From contig NMRA01000591.1 in NCBI GenBank assembly GCA_002633005.1, positions 191,570 to 255,569 of the forward strand: 64,000 nucleotides of DNA, written 5' to 3'. The stretch is from Phoronis australis. Its lineage: Eukaryota; Animalia; Phoronida. The notes below the pieces were generated by a model that saw only the letters and a list, made by a program, of their open reading frames with translations, searched no databases and was not told where the DNA came from. Made by a program: the position numbers and the translations under genes. Of this stretch, positions 13,632-26,600 are shown piece by piece; within the stretch, counting starts at the first letter, position 1, and every line of letters starts with the position of its first letter.

Positions 13632-14800
13632 GTGATAGGGATTCAGAGAGGAATACTCTATCGTATATTCAACAAGAAGGACGTTGACGACGTGAAACAA
13701 GTTGTCGTGCCGAGCAGTTTAAAGACGTCCGTGATGAGGCTTGCTTATGAGTGTATACTCGGTGGACACTTCGGTGTTAGGAAGACAACTGACCGTATCA
13801 CCAGCAACTTCTATTGACCATGAGTGACATCAGAAGTGGCCCGATTCTATAGATAATGCGACATCTGCCAGAAGACAATCCCTAAATGTCGTGTGACCAA
13901 GGTACCCCTGGGAGAGTTGCGTTTGATGGAGGAGCCTTTCAAAAGGATTGCAATCGATCTGATTGGCCCTATAGTTCCAGTTTCCGACAAGGGAAGCAGA
14001 TACATTCTCACAGTGGTAGATTTTGCTGCCAGGTACATGTACCTAGAAGCTGTGGCGCTACCGAATATTGAGTCAGAGCGTGTAGTTGAAGGATTATTAG
14101 AAGTCTTCAGTAGAGTAGGGTTCCCACGAGAGTTCCTGAGTGATCGTGGAACGCAGTTCACAGCGGAACTGATGAAGGAGGTCAGCAAGCTTGTGAGTGC
14201 ACAGCAGCGGTACACAACCCTTTACAATCCACGCTGTAACGGGCTCTGTGAAAGAATCAACGGTGTTCTAAAAGCCATGGTGAAGAAGATGTGTCAAGAA
14301 AGACCAAAGTATTGGGACCGGTATCTGCCAGCTGTCCTGCTTGCTTACCGGGAAGTCCCGCAATCAAGCACAGGATTTTCACCCTTGGAGTTGTTATACG
14401 GCAGACAGTAAAAGGTTCTATGCAAATACTGAGCGAAATCTGGACTGGGAAAGACAGCAACGAAGTTCGTAATACTAAGTCTTCGAGCTCAGGAACCGCT
14501 CAGAGGAGACCTGCGGGTTGGCTAGAAAAAGTTTGTACACAACGTATTGACAAGCATTACTACGACAAGAAGGCCAGAGATATGCAGTTTCAAGTAGGAC
14601 AAAGAGTGTTAGTATTACTTCCCACAGACCACAACAAACTTACACTGCAGTGGAAGGGGCCTCACAAGGTTAAAGAAAAAGTCAACCGTATGGACTACAG
14701 AATCAACATGAACGGCAAGATTAAGATCTTTCATGCCAATCTGTTTAAGGCGTACCACGAACGCGATGGCCTAAATGAATTGAGCGGCATTAGTTTACTG
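13632..14800 (+). pseudogene. Gypsy integrase (frameshifts and stops)
   Basis: GGHFGVRKTTDRI, CDICQK, EPFKRIAIDLIGP, SDRGTQF, NGLCERIN, TGFSPLELLYGR, WKGPHKV. Confidence 0.9.
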
Positions 14801-14802
14801 AA

Positions 14803-15019
14803 GAGAAAGAGTGTTTAGAGATAGTCTTCGCTGTCAAATGCTTTCAGTTTTATCTCTACGGGACGGAATTTGTGGTGCAAACAGATCACAAACCACTGGT
14901 TTGTAAGATTGAAAATCCCAGAGTTATTCCATAGGCTGTAGTGCTGCAAAATTATAAAATTCATGTGGATGATATTCCAGGAAAAGCTACCAACCGTGCA
15001 GACTACTTAAGTCGACTAG
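14803..15019 (+). pseudogene. C-terminal part of Gypsy RNase H
   Basis: Hand translation EKECLEIVFAVKCFQFYLYGTEFVVQTDHKPLV...*AVVLQNYKIHVDDIPGKATNRADYLSR. Confidence 0.88.
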
Positions 15020-15721
15020 CAGAGCCTGCAAGTCAAGTAGCTCCTTAGAGACGGATACTGAGGCAGAAAGTTATGTATATATGCCAGATGATTTTGTGTT
15101 AGAGAATTATAAAGTAATTTTCTCTTTGGCAGGGGTGTGTTGTCAGAATGTAGACTGGCAATCTTTTTAGTTGTATTGTTTTGTTTTGTTGTTATGTATA
15201 ATTGGCATGACCCCTGAGTGATTATGTAATTTGTTTACTACAGAATAGTATGGAACTTTCTAGACGACTCTAGCATGACAGTGAATAATGCAGTCTGGAA
15301 TATTCTAGAGACTAGTACATGTTTGTAGAATGGTTGGGTAGATTAAGGAAGGTTCTAAAATGTGCTTGAATTAATGAAAAGTTGCAGAACAATGCATTAG
15401 GCTATTAATACACTAGCACGGTTTGTGTTAGTAAGATAATCAACAGTTCAAGAAAGTTAATCAGAGTTAATCATAAGAAAAGCAGATAATAAGTTAAAGA
15501 GTTGCAGTGAAGAGAATCAGCAGTTACAGCGATAGTCAATAGAGAGCCATCTTTAGAGACAGCAGGTCGTTATTGAATCAACGAGTGTAACTGTTGCTGA
15601 ACGTGTCTCAGAAGTTTATCACAAGCCAAGGGTTGGAAGCACTGGCTGGAGCATAAAACAGACATTACGACGGACGTTTTGTTTGAGTAGCTTTGTGAAC
15701 GTGCGGTCGGGATTAATAAAG

Positions 15722-17773
15722 GATTTCGAAGTCTAAAACTAGCGCAGAAGTAAATAACGTTTCGGTTTAGTTCATTAAACCATTCTCAAGGAAGCAGTTA
15801 CAAACACAAAACAAGCGCCACAGGTAGAGAAGAGACTGTAGAGTTACACAGCAAAATCCATTGTGATGGGGAGAGACCAGAAATCAAAACAGTTGGAGCT
15901 AAAATGAACCAATGTTTCTATTGAGGTAACGCTCAGCATGATTCAACCGTATATGCATAGCCTCCTTTATGAGGAGCCTGAGGGTGGCATTATCCTTGCT
16001 TAGTATCTGAACACCAGAGTAATCTATAGTGTGACCAGTTGTCACGGAATGATTGAGAACAGCACTGTGTGTGTCTTTACAGTGTTCTTTTACTCTTGTG
16101 CCAAGAATCCTGTTCGTCACTCCAATGTGAAACTGTTCACAGTCACTGCAGTTGAGTTTGTACACAACATGACTTCTTTGAGAAGTACTCACCGGCGTTT
16201 TAAGTCTCAACTACACTACTACTATGACCTAAATAGGGGAGACTGAGAAGTATTTTCTTCACTTCAGTCCCATGATAAACATCCGAAGGTGTCCTGGATT
16301 GGTTACGTAAAAATCCGTCAGTGCAGGATTTAATAAAAGTTTTAGGGTAACCATTTTGGATCAAGAGGTTATTTAAAACTTCAATTTCTCAGGCAAACAA
16401 GTCAGGATTGCTACAAATCTTAATGGTGCGATTAAACAGACTATTGACCGGACCAGTTTTGTGCTTTTTTGGAACAAAACTATCCCACTTAAGGTACAGA
16501 CATGAGAATGTGGGTTTTTTGTACACTGATGTAGACAATAAGTCATTCTGACGGTGAACTAATAGATCAAGGAAACTTATGCAATTATTAACTTCCGACT
16601 CCATGGTAAATTTAATACTATTACATAACGTGTTCATCCACTTAAGAAATGGCTTAGCTTGACTATGATGGCTAAACATCAGGAAAATATCATCAACATA
16701 CCGTTTGTAATACAATAGTGGATCAGTAGGACAGCTATTAAACGCCATCTCCTCTAAATTGATCATCCATATATTAGCTAATACAGGACCGAGTGGACTC
16801 CCCATAGCAACACCGTCACATTGGTCAAAGAATTCCTCATTGAATATAAAGTGATTTTCTTTAACTGCAATGTTGAGCAATGTCTGTAGTTGAGGTCTAG
16901 TTAAATTACACACAGTATTGATCTTTATATCTGGAAAAAGTTTGTCGAGGCAAACTTTTTATAGTACTGTCTACAGGAATATTCGTAAACAAGCTAACAA
17001 CATCGAAACTAACCATGTATGAAGCTTTTTTCATTGCCTTAATGTCATGAACGAACTCAAACGAGTACATAAGGTAATATTTAGAATCACAGAGAGGAGT
17101 CAAGAGCCGAACTAAAAGCTAAGCAAGGTTCTAGGTGTAAGACCCAATACAGGATACTATCGGTATTAATGGAGTACGGGCTTATGGGTTTTCGGTAACC
17201 CGTACATTTTAGCAGGTTGTGAACCAGTGGGGCGAATACTATCATAAGTGTCCTGATCAATGGCATTGATACGTTTCAAGTTGCAAACATATGACTAAAG
17301 TCTGGATTCACGTTTGACAGTGGGATCATGACTCAGTTTAGAGAATTTGGTCTAGTCAGAAACAATGTCATTCAGTTTGTAGATGTAATCTATTTTATCA
17401 AGTATGACGACACCATTCCCTTTGTCTGGACGACAAATAACAGTTTGAGGGTCATCATGTAGATTTTTCAAAGCTGCTAACTCATTAGAGAAGACTTTTT
17501 GTTCCGGTTGTTGTCTGAAGGTGTAAATGTAGCGATAACATAGTTCACGCAGCCGATGTTTGATCCGATTCTTGTCTGTAGTGATGTGACCTTCCACACT
17601 ATGATAAAGCGTTTCAAAGCTGGTTTTAACACCAAATATTGTCAAGCTGTCGTGGAGGATGACTGAATTTTAGCCCTCTGCTGAGAAGCATTAGTTTCAT
17701 CATCAGTGAGAGTACATGAAGATAGATTTACAACTTTAAAAATATCAATGTTATTAACATTCTGACCATGCAT
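15722..17773 (-). mobile_element. Penelope-like retroelement (degenerate RT + GIY-YIG endonuclease) inserted in the 3' LTR
   Basis: RT motifs PDKGNGVVILD, SFDVVSLFTNIP, GVAMGSPLGPVLAN, RYVDDIF; GIY-YIG VVYKLNCSDCEQFHIGVT..LGTRVKEH..LNRN. Flanked by 11-bp direct repeat GATTAATAAAG (15711-15721, 17774-17784). Confidence 0.9.
15756..15790 (-). ncRNA. Minimal hammerhead-ribozyme-like motif of the Penelope terminal repeat (variant core)
   Basis: Minus strand CTTGAGAAT-GGTTTA-ATGAAC-TAAACC-GAAACGTT: a CUGANGA-like box, a perfect 6-bp stem II, a GAAA box and palindromic AACGTT. Confidence 0.5.
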
Positions 17774-18880
17774 GATTAATAAAGTATTAACTCGAACCAG
17801 TCTTCATTCAATCGTCGCACCGAAAGCTAATAGCACCGGTCTGTAACTACCTGCGCCCACCCACACACGGGGAAAAACTTGACATGTTTCTATTAAGAAG
17901 AAGACTATATGATCCTATTTTTGGATGGATTCGTCATATTCTGCTCCGCTTAGTGGCCGTTTCCATTATCAATGAATCTCTTTGTCGTTTTCTGCTCCAA
18001 CTGCAAAGCCGATCGAAGGATCATCATGGAAATTGGCAGATGAGTTTCTGTTGAGGACGCTAGGATTGATGTTGATTGTTTCTGGTGCCTGTGGCATTCC
18101 GAAGTGACAATTCGCTATTTTGCTTGGAAGACCTTAATGAGAATTGACAGAGATGTTCCTACATGTATGAAGCTCGAATAATGGCAACGAAGTTTGGACT
18201 GACCGGCTAACACTATGCCCCTAGTGACAGTTTTATTTGTTTACATCTTCAGTGTTCCTTTGCAGAATTTCATGAAATTTGTTAAAAATGTTTATTAAGA
18301 CTATAACAATACCTAGGATTGATCAGATGTAATCGTTTCTTATTTTGGAGACAGTGAGGCCTTCTCATTTTGGACCTGTTTGACATATTTTACGCTTATT
18401 TAGCGCCGTTTGGGTTGACCCTAACGTACAGTAGATTAGTACCGTTTGCAGTGCAGTCAGTTGTGTGTGCATTTCAAAGACTTGCCTTGCTGTTGTTAAT
18501 GTATCCGCAATCCATTGAGTACACAGGGATCGTTTCAATCACGAGACTATTTATATAATTACGGGCCGATCTCGAGGGTGACATTAGGCCATAAAAGCGA
18601 AGTGAGAGTAAAGTTTTTCGAAACCGAAGGTACTGCCATCTTGCGGTCACGCAAACTTGAATTTAGTTTGAAGCCTCTCCTTTAGCTGGTTGTCTTGGAA
18701 AAATCTTCCAAGACTATTTAAAAGCGTCTCAATAAGCATTGATTATTTTTCTCTGTCAACCCTCGTGTTGGCCGAAAGAGGTTTCTTTTTACGTACATAA
18801 CTTTCCACATGACAATTCTATGAATAGTCAACCACTACTGTGCTGGCTTACCTCTAATGTGAGGAATACTTTTCCAACAG

Positions 18881-18988
18881 GTTGTGTGCTGTACGGAGCT
18901 GCAATGATGTTGTGCGGTGCTAACTCCATCTTTTCAATTGCCTTTATGTCCGTAGACAGATGTAGAACCGTGTGCCGCCTGACCACAG
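18881..18988 (+). CDS. Opsin exon (TM3-IL2)
   Basis: Acceptor ttttccaacAG and donor G|GTGAGT, phase 1-1, matching both neighbours. Peptide (G)CVLYGAAMMLCGANSIFSIAFMSVDRCRTVCRLTT contains C110, Y113 and DRC (bovine numbering). Confidence 0.9.
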
Positions 18989-21706
18989 GTGAGTAGTACA
19001 TGTACAACTCTTAACACAGCAATAGCTCGGTTACTCCTAAGACGGTGAGTATCAAGTACATGTACGGTCTTATTGTGCCAGGCTGTTATGCACAATTCTC
19101 CGGATCGAAATCAAATACTGCAAACCACTCCTCACTCTGGGTAAGCTAAACACTTAGTTGCAAGCGATTTCAACAGCGTTAAGAGCCATTCCCGGAGAAA
19201 TTGAAAGAAAAATCCACTATGAGGTCATCTTTTAGATTCAGCTTAACTTTTGTGTATGTGATCTTGATGTGGCCCTGATACAAAAATCACCAATTTTGCT
19301 TGTGTTGAGCTCTTAGTTTTTTATCTATAGGCCTTCAAAGGTTCATCCAGACAATGGCTGGTTTTTGTATACCGAAAGAAACAATTTTCCAAAATGAAAA
19401 GCAGGTAAAAAGCATGCAATGACAGAAAACACATACAGGTATTAGGAAGTGGAACATAAGGACTACCAAATAAAATTGCAACCATATTGAAGAAATCTCT
19501 CGAATGGTATTTTTTCATTTTGTTCTAAAACTGCCCAATATTGCGTATTCAACACTTTTTGAACGAATGTTTTTGTAGCTTCATTACCCTTAAAATGGTC
19601 TCACGAAGAAATAACTAATGAAAATCAATCAACAGTTAAGAGATCATAATCAATGCTGCGTGACTTATCCATAAACTATTTCACCCTTTCATCGCCAGAG
19701 GTTACGCAGGCACAGGTTATGGCATGTTCGCACTGTGCCAATTCCCAAAACGGTAAACGCCGTAAGAGACTATGCTCAGGCTGACGTGAATAATAGGCGT
19801 GCTTTTTAATGAAACATTCCGGTTCGTGGACAATTTCAAGACGCTAAAGCTTTTATTTGTAAACAATTCTTTTGAATTAAGTGTTCGAGACTATATGAAG
19901 CGGACGAACCGATTTTTTTTTTCTATTTGGAAGATAAAAGCCAACATCACGGGAAAGGCATCGATGTCTGAAACACACAAATGAAAAAGTATATTTGAAA
20001 ATTATCAAAATTGCATGTTGCATTTAAAAGTTATCATAACCGTTTTTATGTGTTAAATTTTGACTCACTTATTTGATCGGGTCGGCCATCATGGATTTCA
20101 GATGCATAGGTTACGAGTTTAAAAGTGCTTAAAAATTATTTTCACAAACAGTCGAGTTAAGTGACACGTATCTTTATCTATCATTCTATACAATCCAAGA
20201 GTTTATACCAGAATTTTATCACGCAGGTGTAACTCATTGAAGTGCTCACGATTCAGGTTGGACAAGATTGCAACATCTGCTGAACTGAAAGACATGTTCA
20301 ACCGGCTACATTGTAATCTATGAAGATTCAACTAGAACACAAGCTGTTACGATAAAACAGTTTTTTTTTACTTTTTTCTGGGGTTTGGGCCATAACATTT
20401 CAATCGGAAGTACCCATTCAATTGACCTTGCACCCTGCTAAAAACGGTTGAAATTGTTTTGAAATCGTTTTTTGTTTGAAAGTAAACTTTTCCTCGAGGA
20501 ATGATAAGGTGTATGCATCGCAATAGGACACATATTTTTTCTAACCTTTGTGCACACATTGATTCATATTTTTAACTGGTTACTTTCTACATCAGGATAT
20601 ATCAATGCAACAAAATGTGCAAAATCTGACTTGATTTAGAGAAACAGGTTATATTTTGATGATGAAGTGTGAAGCTTACTTGGATCCTTCAGCCTCTTGA
20701 ATTCCTATTTTATTACCAATCATGCTTGTCAAATTCTAGCGTAGCAGGAACGCTTCTGTGGTACTCAGTCGCCGTGATAAACAACAATTACGCACGTCCA
20801 CTTTTATGCTCAACGCGATTTTCGTTCAGCCTGCATTGCTCTGAAATCCTAAGTTACGTCTTGTGACAAAAGTTTGTTAAGATCATTTTCGAATCCCAGA
20901 GGATCTTAAAAGTGGCTAAAAATCAAATTCTCAAAATTAGGCAAATTTACCAAATTTTGAAGTTTTCAGTGAAAGTTAATGTAAACTCCTTAAAATTGCG
21001 AAAACTGTACCATGATAGCAATTTTTAATGCCTACATACGTGTACATTGTAAAGATTTTTTCTTTCCCGTCCATTTAAGCCGCTTTAAAAGAACTTCACT
21101 AACTGAACCCTTTTGAACCTAACATGGGCTAATTTAGGCAAAACTATACAAGAAGTTCTAACTTTAAAAAATAATGGCCGAAAATTTTCAAATAAACATT
21201 TTGAACACCAGGATGTATGAACTCAAAATTTTTTTCTAGATCTGAGTCGAAGACCCTAGAGTTCACTTTTTGGTGCTTTCGTGGATTGACAATTAACTTT
21301 AATTATTGTATCTCAGGCTTTCGTAATAAGCATTAAAAAATTGCTACATGTTATAAAGTCATCCGTACCCACAGGGATATCCTAGAGAAATCCGTAAGCA
21401 AAAAAAAATGTTAAAAAATTTGCACTTTTCACGGTCTGGAGTCGAGTGACACTTCGCAACTTGAGATTTACATAAGTTACGGCTCTGTTGGTGACGAAGG
21501 CATAGACCGCACGTGAAGACCAACAGACGTTTTAGCAGGATAAAATCACTCATTATTGCCAGTGGGTGTGACAAGTAATCTTTATCAATGGAAACATGAA
21601 ATCATGCAGTTTTTACACAGTAGGAATTGTGAACAATTAGAAATTTCCATTGGTGACTTTGGTGGCTCAAACAGACCCGATTTCATCCTTCCTATTTCAC
21701 TTTCAG

Positions 21707-22029
21707 ATAAAAAATTGCGATCTTGTGACTCGTTGCCCCGAGCCATGGTAATAGCTGCGCCTTGGATGCTTGGTATCTTTTGGTCAACGGTTACACTGGG
21801 ACCGTGGGCCACATACACGTATGACGTCAGCCGGACATTTTGCACCGTTAACTGGATGTCAGGCGATATCCGCTACATAGTGGTGCTTTGTATCGGAATG
21901 TTTTTCGTCCCTGTCGGCACAATGGTATTTTGTTATGGAAAGATTGTTGTTTTTGTGTCTAGGAATCGAAATTTTGTCAAGACCTCGTCGACTGCTCAAG
22001 ATAACAGCGCGATATTTAATATAACCAAG
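21707..22029 (+). CDS. Opsin exon (TM4-EL2-TM5-IL3)
   Basis: Acceptor tttcactttcAG and donor AAG|GTAAGT. Peptide includes PWMLGIFWS, WATYTYDVSRTFCTVNW (D181, C187), FFVPVGTMVFCYGKI and ends ITK, peropsin-like. Confidence 0.92.
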
Positions 22030-23590
22030 GTAAGTATCCATTCCTTTGCTTTGAAACCCACCGTTTAACTCCATCTAACAGGTTTATGGTAACTCAATTA
22101 AGTACACGTATTCACCTATTTCACAAGTTGCTTCAACGAACTCTGCATTTCGAGGGACTGTCCGGTAGCTGGCATGTCTTTTAGTGAATTCGAACACCTC
22201 CACTAGTTAAAATTTTGATATAACCTAGGTTGTGCTTTAGGACGTCAAGTGCGGGTTCATATTGATATATCAAACAACGATAGCTGTTTGTCTGCATTCC
22301 TAAATCTTGGCAATAAACACGAGACAGTGGATTACAATTTCTTACCTCTACTGTGGTCGCTCACCGGTGAGCTACAAACCGGCGACTTTTTCTAAAAAAA
22401 CAATAAGTTAAATCATAATGGTCGTCTTTGATATAGTAATAGGTGGAACAATATTCGCCTCCAGGAACAACACTTTACAACTAACCCTATCATTCTTACC
22501 TTGAATTCTAAACAAACAATAGAACATTTTCTTGATGATATATTTCTACCTCGATGCCCTAGTAGGGTTGTTTTTAAAAAGTGTAGTGTTAAACCAAAAC
22601 GTCTACACAATACACGTCATAGATGCTGAGAATGCCTCGATTGGTCAGCCTGTATACACAATGTACAAGTACTCCTAAAACGGAGTGAAAAATGTGGCAG
22701 CCCCGGGATTTTGCTAGTGTGTGCTATTAAGGTGCCAAGTTTATACTCGCCAAACACTTGCGTGATTTCTGTGGCCGTCTTGCGCAGCCTTGACAATCCC
22801 CGAGAATCCCCTGCGCGCCATCTGAGGCCAGTGTATACCGTAGACTCAACACCCTTGCGAAGTGGCGCTGGCAAGAAATTTTCGCTTACGGAACTGTATA
22901 GTAATCTACACCACACATTGACATTCTACTTTTCCGAAAAATCACTTAAGGGGCCGCCATTTTGCTAAGACACATTAGTGAGGTACTGAGTATACCCGCG
23001 AAACACTGGATTTTCACTTGCGTGACTCTTGCTTTTACGTTTTCATTTGATATCTTAGACGTTTTGTCTCCTTATTCTCTTTAATTTATTAATAATCCTT
23101 GTAAAATCAATTTTATATTTTTTGTTTTTCGCAGAGTTGTTTATAATCACCGGTCTTTGGTGCGTTTCGCATATAAAACTCCATGTTAATGTCAATAGTA
23201 GCCACAGATTTACTCGAGGATTGTGAGCAATTCGTCACACAGTACGCCTATGCGGGTTTCAAAAACGGTCGCGATCGATTCACAGTAATCTTATGCATAC
23301 GGACCGCACATATTTACTTCTCACTTGAATTAAGCCGTCTGGCAAATTATGTAATACATATGCAGACAAGGATCTATTTACCTGTATCTAAACATTTTCA
23401 ACAAGGCTCTTTCGTTTCAACTTGTGTTGATCTGACCAATGGCTGTGGAAGTGCTTTAATATAGGTCGGCTTGAGTTATATTTTATCATCGATATTAATT
23501 CCGCGAAAAACCCACCATTTTGTTATTTGCACTGATCACGACCTGGGACTATTTTTATGCTTTATTATTATATATTTGACTCAAGGGTCT

Positions 23591-23670
23591 AGCAGTGTGG
23601 CCCAGTGGGACTCGAACACACGACCTCGAGTGTAGATGGCGGGCACCTATCACACTAGGCCACACTGCCT
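23591..23670 (-). repeat. tRNA-derived (SINE-like) unit with terminal inverted repeats
   Basis: Minus strand has A-box-like TGGCCTAGTGTG and B box GTTCGAGTCCC. The ends are a 16-bp inverted repeat GCAGTGTGGCCYAGTG with one mismatch. Confidence 0.6.
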
Positions 23671-26600
23671 CCTCGAACCATGAGGTAGGTCAATACCCTC
23701 TTTCTGATATTCAATCGTATTATGCAGCCTCATGTGGGAACTTCATCACATGACCAAACCACCGTTCTCAGCCTTTGACGGTCGAAAACTTCCAACCTAT
23801 TGCCAGTACTCGCTTGTTTGTAATGAAATTGGCCTGGTGGACGACTCACCATTCGGAAGACATTTTGAGTGAGATTGCCCAAAACCGTAGCAAAATTTGA
23901 TGACGAGTGCTACTATAACAAAAGAGACAAGAACTATTTCATTTCAAATAAAAATAGCATTCGAAAACTTTGTATGCCTTGTGGAATTTAAGCAAACTAC
24001 CGTGTGCCGAACCTTCATGGATCTAGGAGCCTGTGGACTTTACTATACTATGCAGTTCGGGGGACAATGCAGCGGAGCAACAATAGAGACAAAATAGTGG
24101 TAAAAACAACACAGATGAGATCATGACTACCGTGTTATTTACAAAAAAGTAAGTCTACAAAGAAATGATTGACATTTAAAACAATATCCAATACCACCCA
24201 ACACAACACGACACGTAATAATAACAGTGTTTGTACATGTGCAAGTGTGGACAATTGTTTCAACTTCCTTCCTCATATGAATATTTGAACCCAAGTGTAT
24301 TAAAAAGGTATAAATCATGTTAATGTTAATTCGATGTTTTACAGTGTAATTCACTTGAGAAAAATATACGCAAGTATTACATTTCTCGATTCCTTCGAAA
24401 CTTAAAAAAAACTTCGTCTCTTGCACTATGGCTTGAATTTTGTTAAAAATGTCAGTACAAAAGCCGCCATTTTTTCCACCCTTTGCACGGACTTTTACCA
24501 ATATGCCAAGCTGTACAAAGAGTTAGTTCAAGACATTTCATCGAAATTAAATCCCGGTGTAAAATAGATTTCCGGATTCGAAAACAGACTGTCGCACTTA
24601 AAACAGACAAGCAATCCGAAATATACGAATCCCAACCTTTAAAACAGGAATCAGGGAAATCGAACAGGAAACCAAACATTTTTTTTCAGATTTTCTGAGA
24701 CTATGTCAGTTGCTTCAAAGTTTGACTTAAAGCATCTCCAAGTTATTTCCAGTTGTCAATATTAAAACGTAACTTAGATTTTATCCCATACGCGTTGAAT
24801 CTGTCGAATGCAAAACGGCCATGTAAAGTTTTCCGTATTCAACTCCCGCACAACTTAGTACTTGAACAGTGACCGCTGACAGGAAATGTTCAAACGTTAG
24901 CTCAATGTCGACTCGACGTCTTTTGCGGGTTCGATCATCAAACTTTCCGAATATAGTTTAAAGTAATACAGTTGCAACAGTGTAACTAACACTCGACATG
25001 CAACCAGGCCCTAAACGTAATATCTGGACCAAAACTGTTAATTATATGACAGTTTTCAATTGCCGAATACTCTTTCGTCTGCTACATGTACTCACTATTC
25101 GCCGATTCCTCGGAAACTACAATACCAAATATTGTTGCTATTTCCAGGAGATATTACAAGTTCACTGCACAGTTACCGTTGTTTTCATCTTTGTTATCTC
25201 TTTTCAAGAAATAAATCGTTACTTTTAAAACTGTTTCTTTTACACGAGAAAACTTGCAACCTAACACGCAAGTACATAAATATAGGATGCAATCCGCCAT
25301 GTGATCAGTCTAAGTGGACTTTGGAATCGGAATTTCTGAACTCAACGCATTCACATTCTATTTGATGGATCATCCCTCGGGATTCTGTAATTGGGCTAAA
25401 GTCACTTTGCCACCTTTGCCTTGGCCTTCTGTTAGTGACTTTAACGTTGATCCTTTACCTGGACGAATATGCATGCATACAGTGCGGGAAATACGAGAAA
25501 GATTCCAGTTTGAAGGCAAATCGTCCATTACACTACTACAACGCCATTTCCTTTTGTTCACGCGGAGCTGTACAGTGTACCCGACTTTTTAAGTACTGAG
25601 GATCTATTTTTGAGATAAATAATGTTTGACAAAAAGTGCTTTAGTCCCCTGGTGTCCTGTCTGATCCTTGATATTCCTGTTTCAAATGCCGGAATTCTTG
25701 TATTTCGAGCTGGTTAGCAGTTTTGAAGGTGCTGGAGCAGTAGTGAGTCGTTGACGTTGCAGATGGAGAAGTACCGAGAACTCGCTATTTAACGACAGAG
25801 GGCGATCGCTGTATTTCAAAAACGGCGTAAACGGAAATAGTTATAAACAAATCAGTGCGCGAACAATCATCGTCACTTGAGGAAGTTCGAAGTAGTGAAA
25901 CTTGGATACGTCTGTACCACGTCTGACTGGTTTTCTAGATAAAAGAAAACAACAAAGGGACCGTATAATCAATTAGCTGACGTCATTCAATTAAATTATT
26001 CATTTCTGAAAAAGTTTACTACAATTATCTCCTAAAATCTTACCGCATGTATCGTACTTCATACGTGTAATACCGTGAATCCTTTGCGAAAGCCATCTTT
26101 GCTACAAAAGTAAACGGCGAGTCGCTACGGACAGTGACAGCGTGCACTCACAGATGATCTCCGTATAAACCCATGGGGCATACATGAGGCTGGGACAATA
26201 CCAGCACACATGCCGCTAGAGAAATGGGAACCACTGAAGTGACCAAGGGGTTATGATGAAATGTTGAATTATGGGATATTGCCAACATTTCTCGCGGCAA
26301 GTGCCTCGCCTGCGTCTCACGTCAACGCCTATGAGCGTTTTTCAAAATAGGAGTAGACTATCATACTGTAGTATCTACTAAACACGTCACCCAAATCTGC
26401 AGTGACCACTCATTTAAGTTGTGTAGTTCGGGTGGCCACTTTATGTTACACATAAGTGTTCTGCAATTCTTTTCTATTGCATAATATTCGCAACATCACA
26501 AATGACCCCGTCAAGTCACCATGTGGAGTTTGGCCCATGACTAATTGTCCCAAATTTCTTTGTGATCGAGGTAATTGGACTCTAACAGGACAATTTTATA

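Larger units (their letters stand above)
10561..17884 (+). mobile_element. Degenerate Ty3/Gypsy LTR retrotransposon, Gmr1-like domain order, RT deleted
   Basis: TGTC...GACA termini with 5-bp TSD TGTTT (10556-10560 and 17885-17889). LTR starts at 10561 and 15141 are similar for about 190 bp. LTR ends CCACACA.GGGGAAAAAC.TG.CA at 11275 and 17884. PBS-like TGGGGGACCCGCAAGGAG at 11278; purine-rich tract GGCAGGGG just before 15141. Confidence 0.9.

Noticed and set aside
19045-19064. Second GTGAGT donor 56 nt downstream of the opsin TM3 exon
   Set aside because: An in-frame TAG at 18994 precedes it, so it cannot give a productive isoform.
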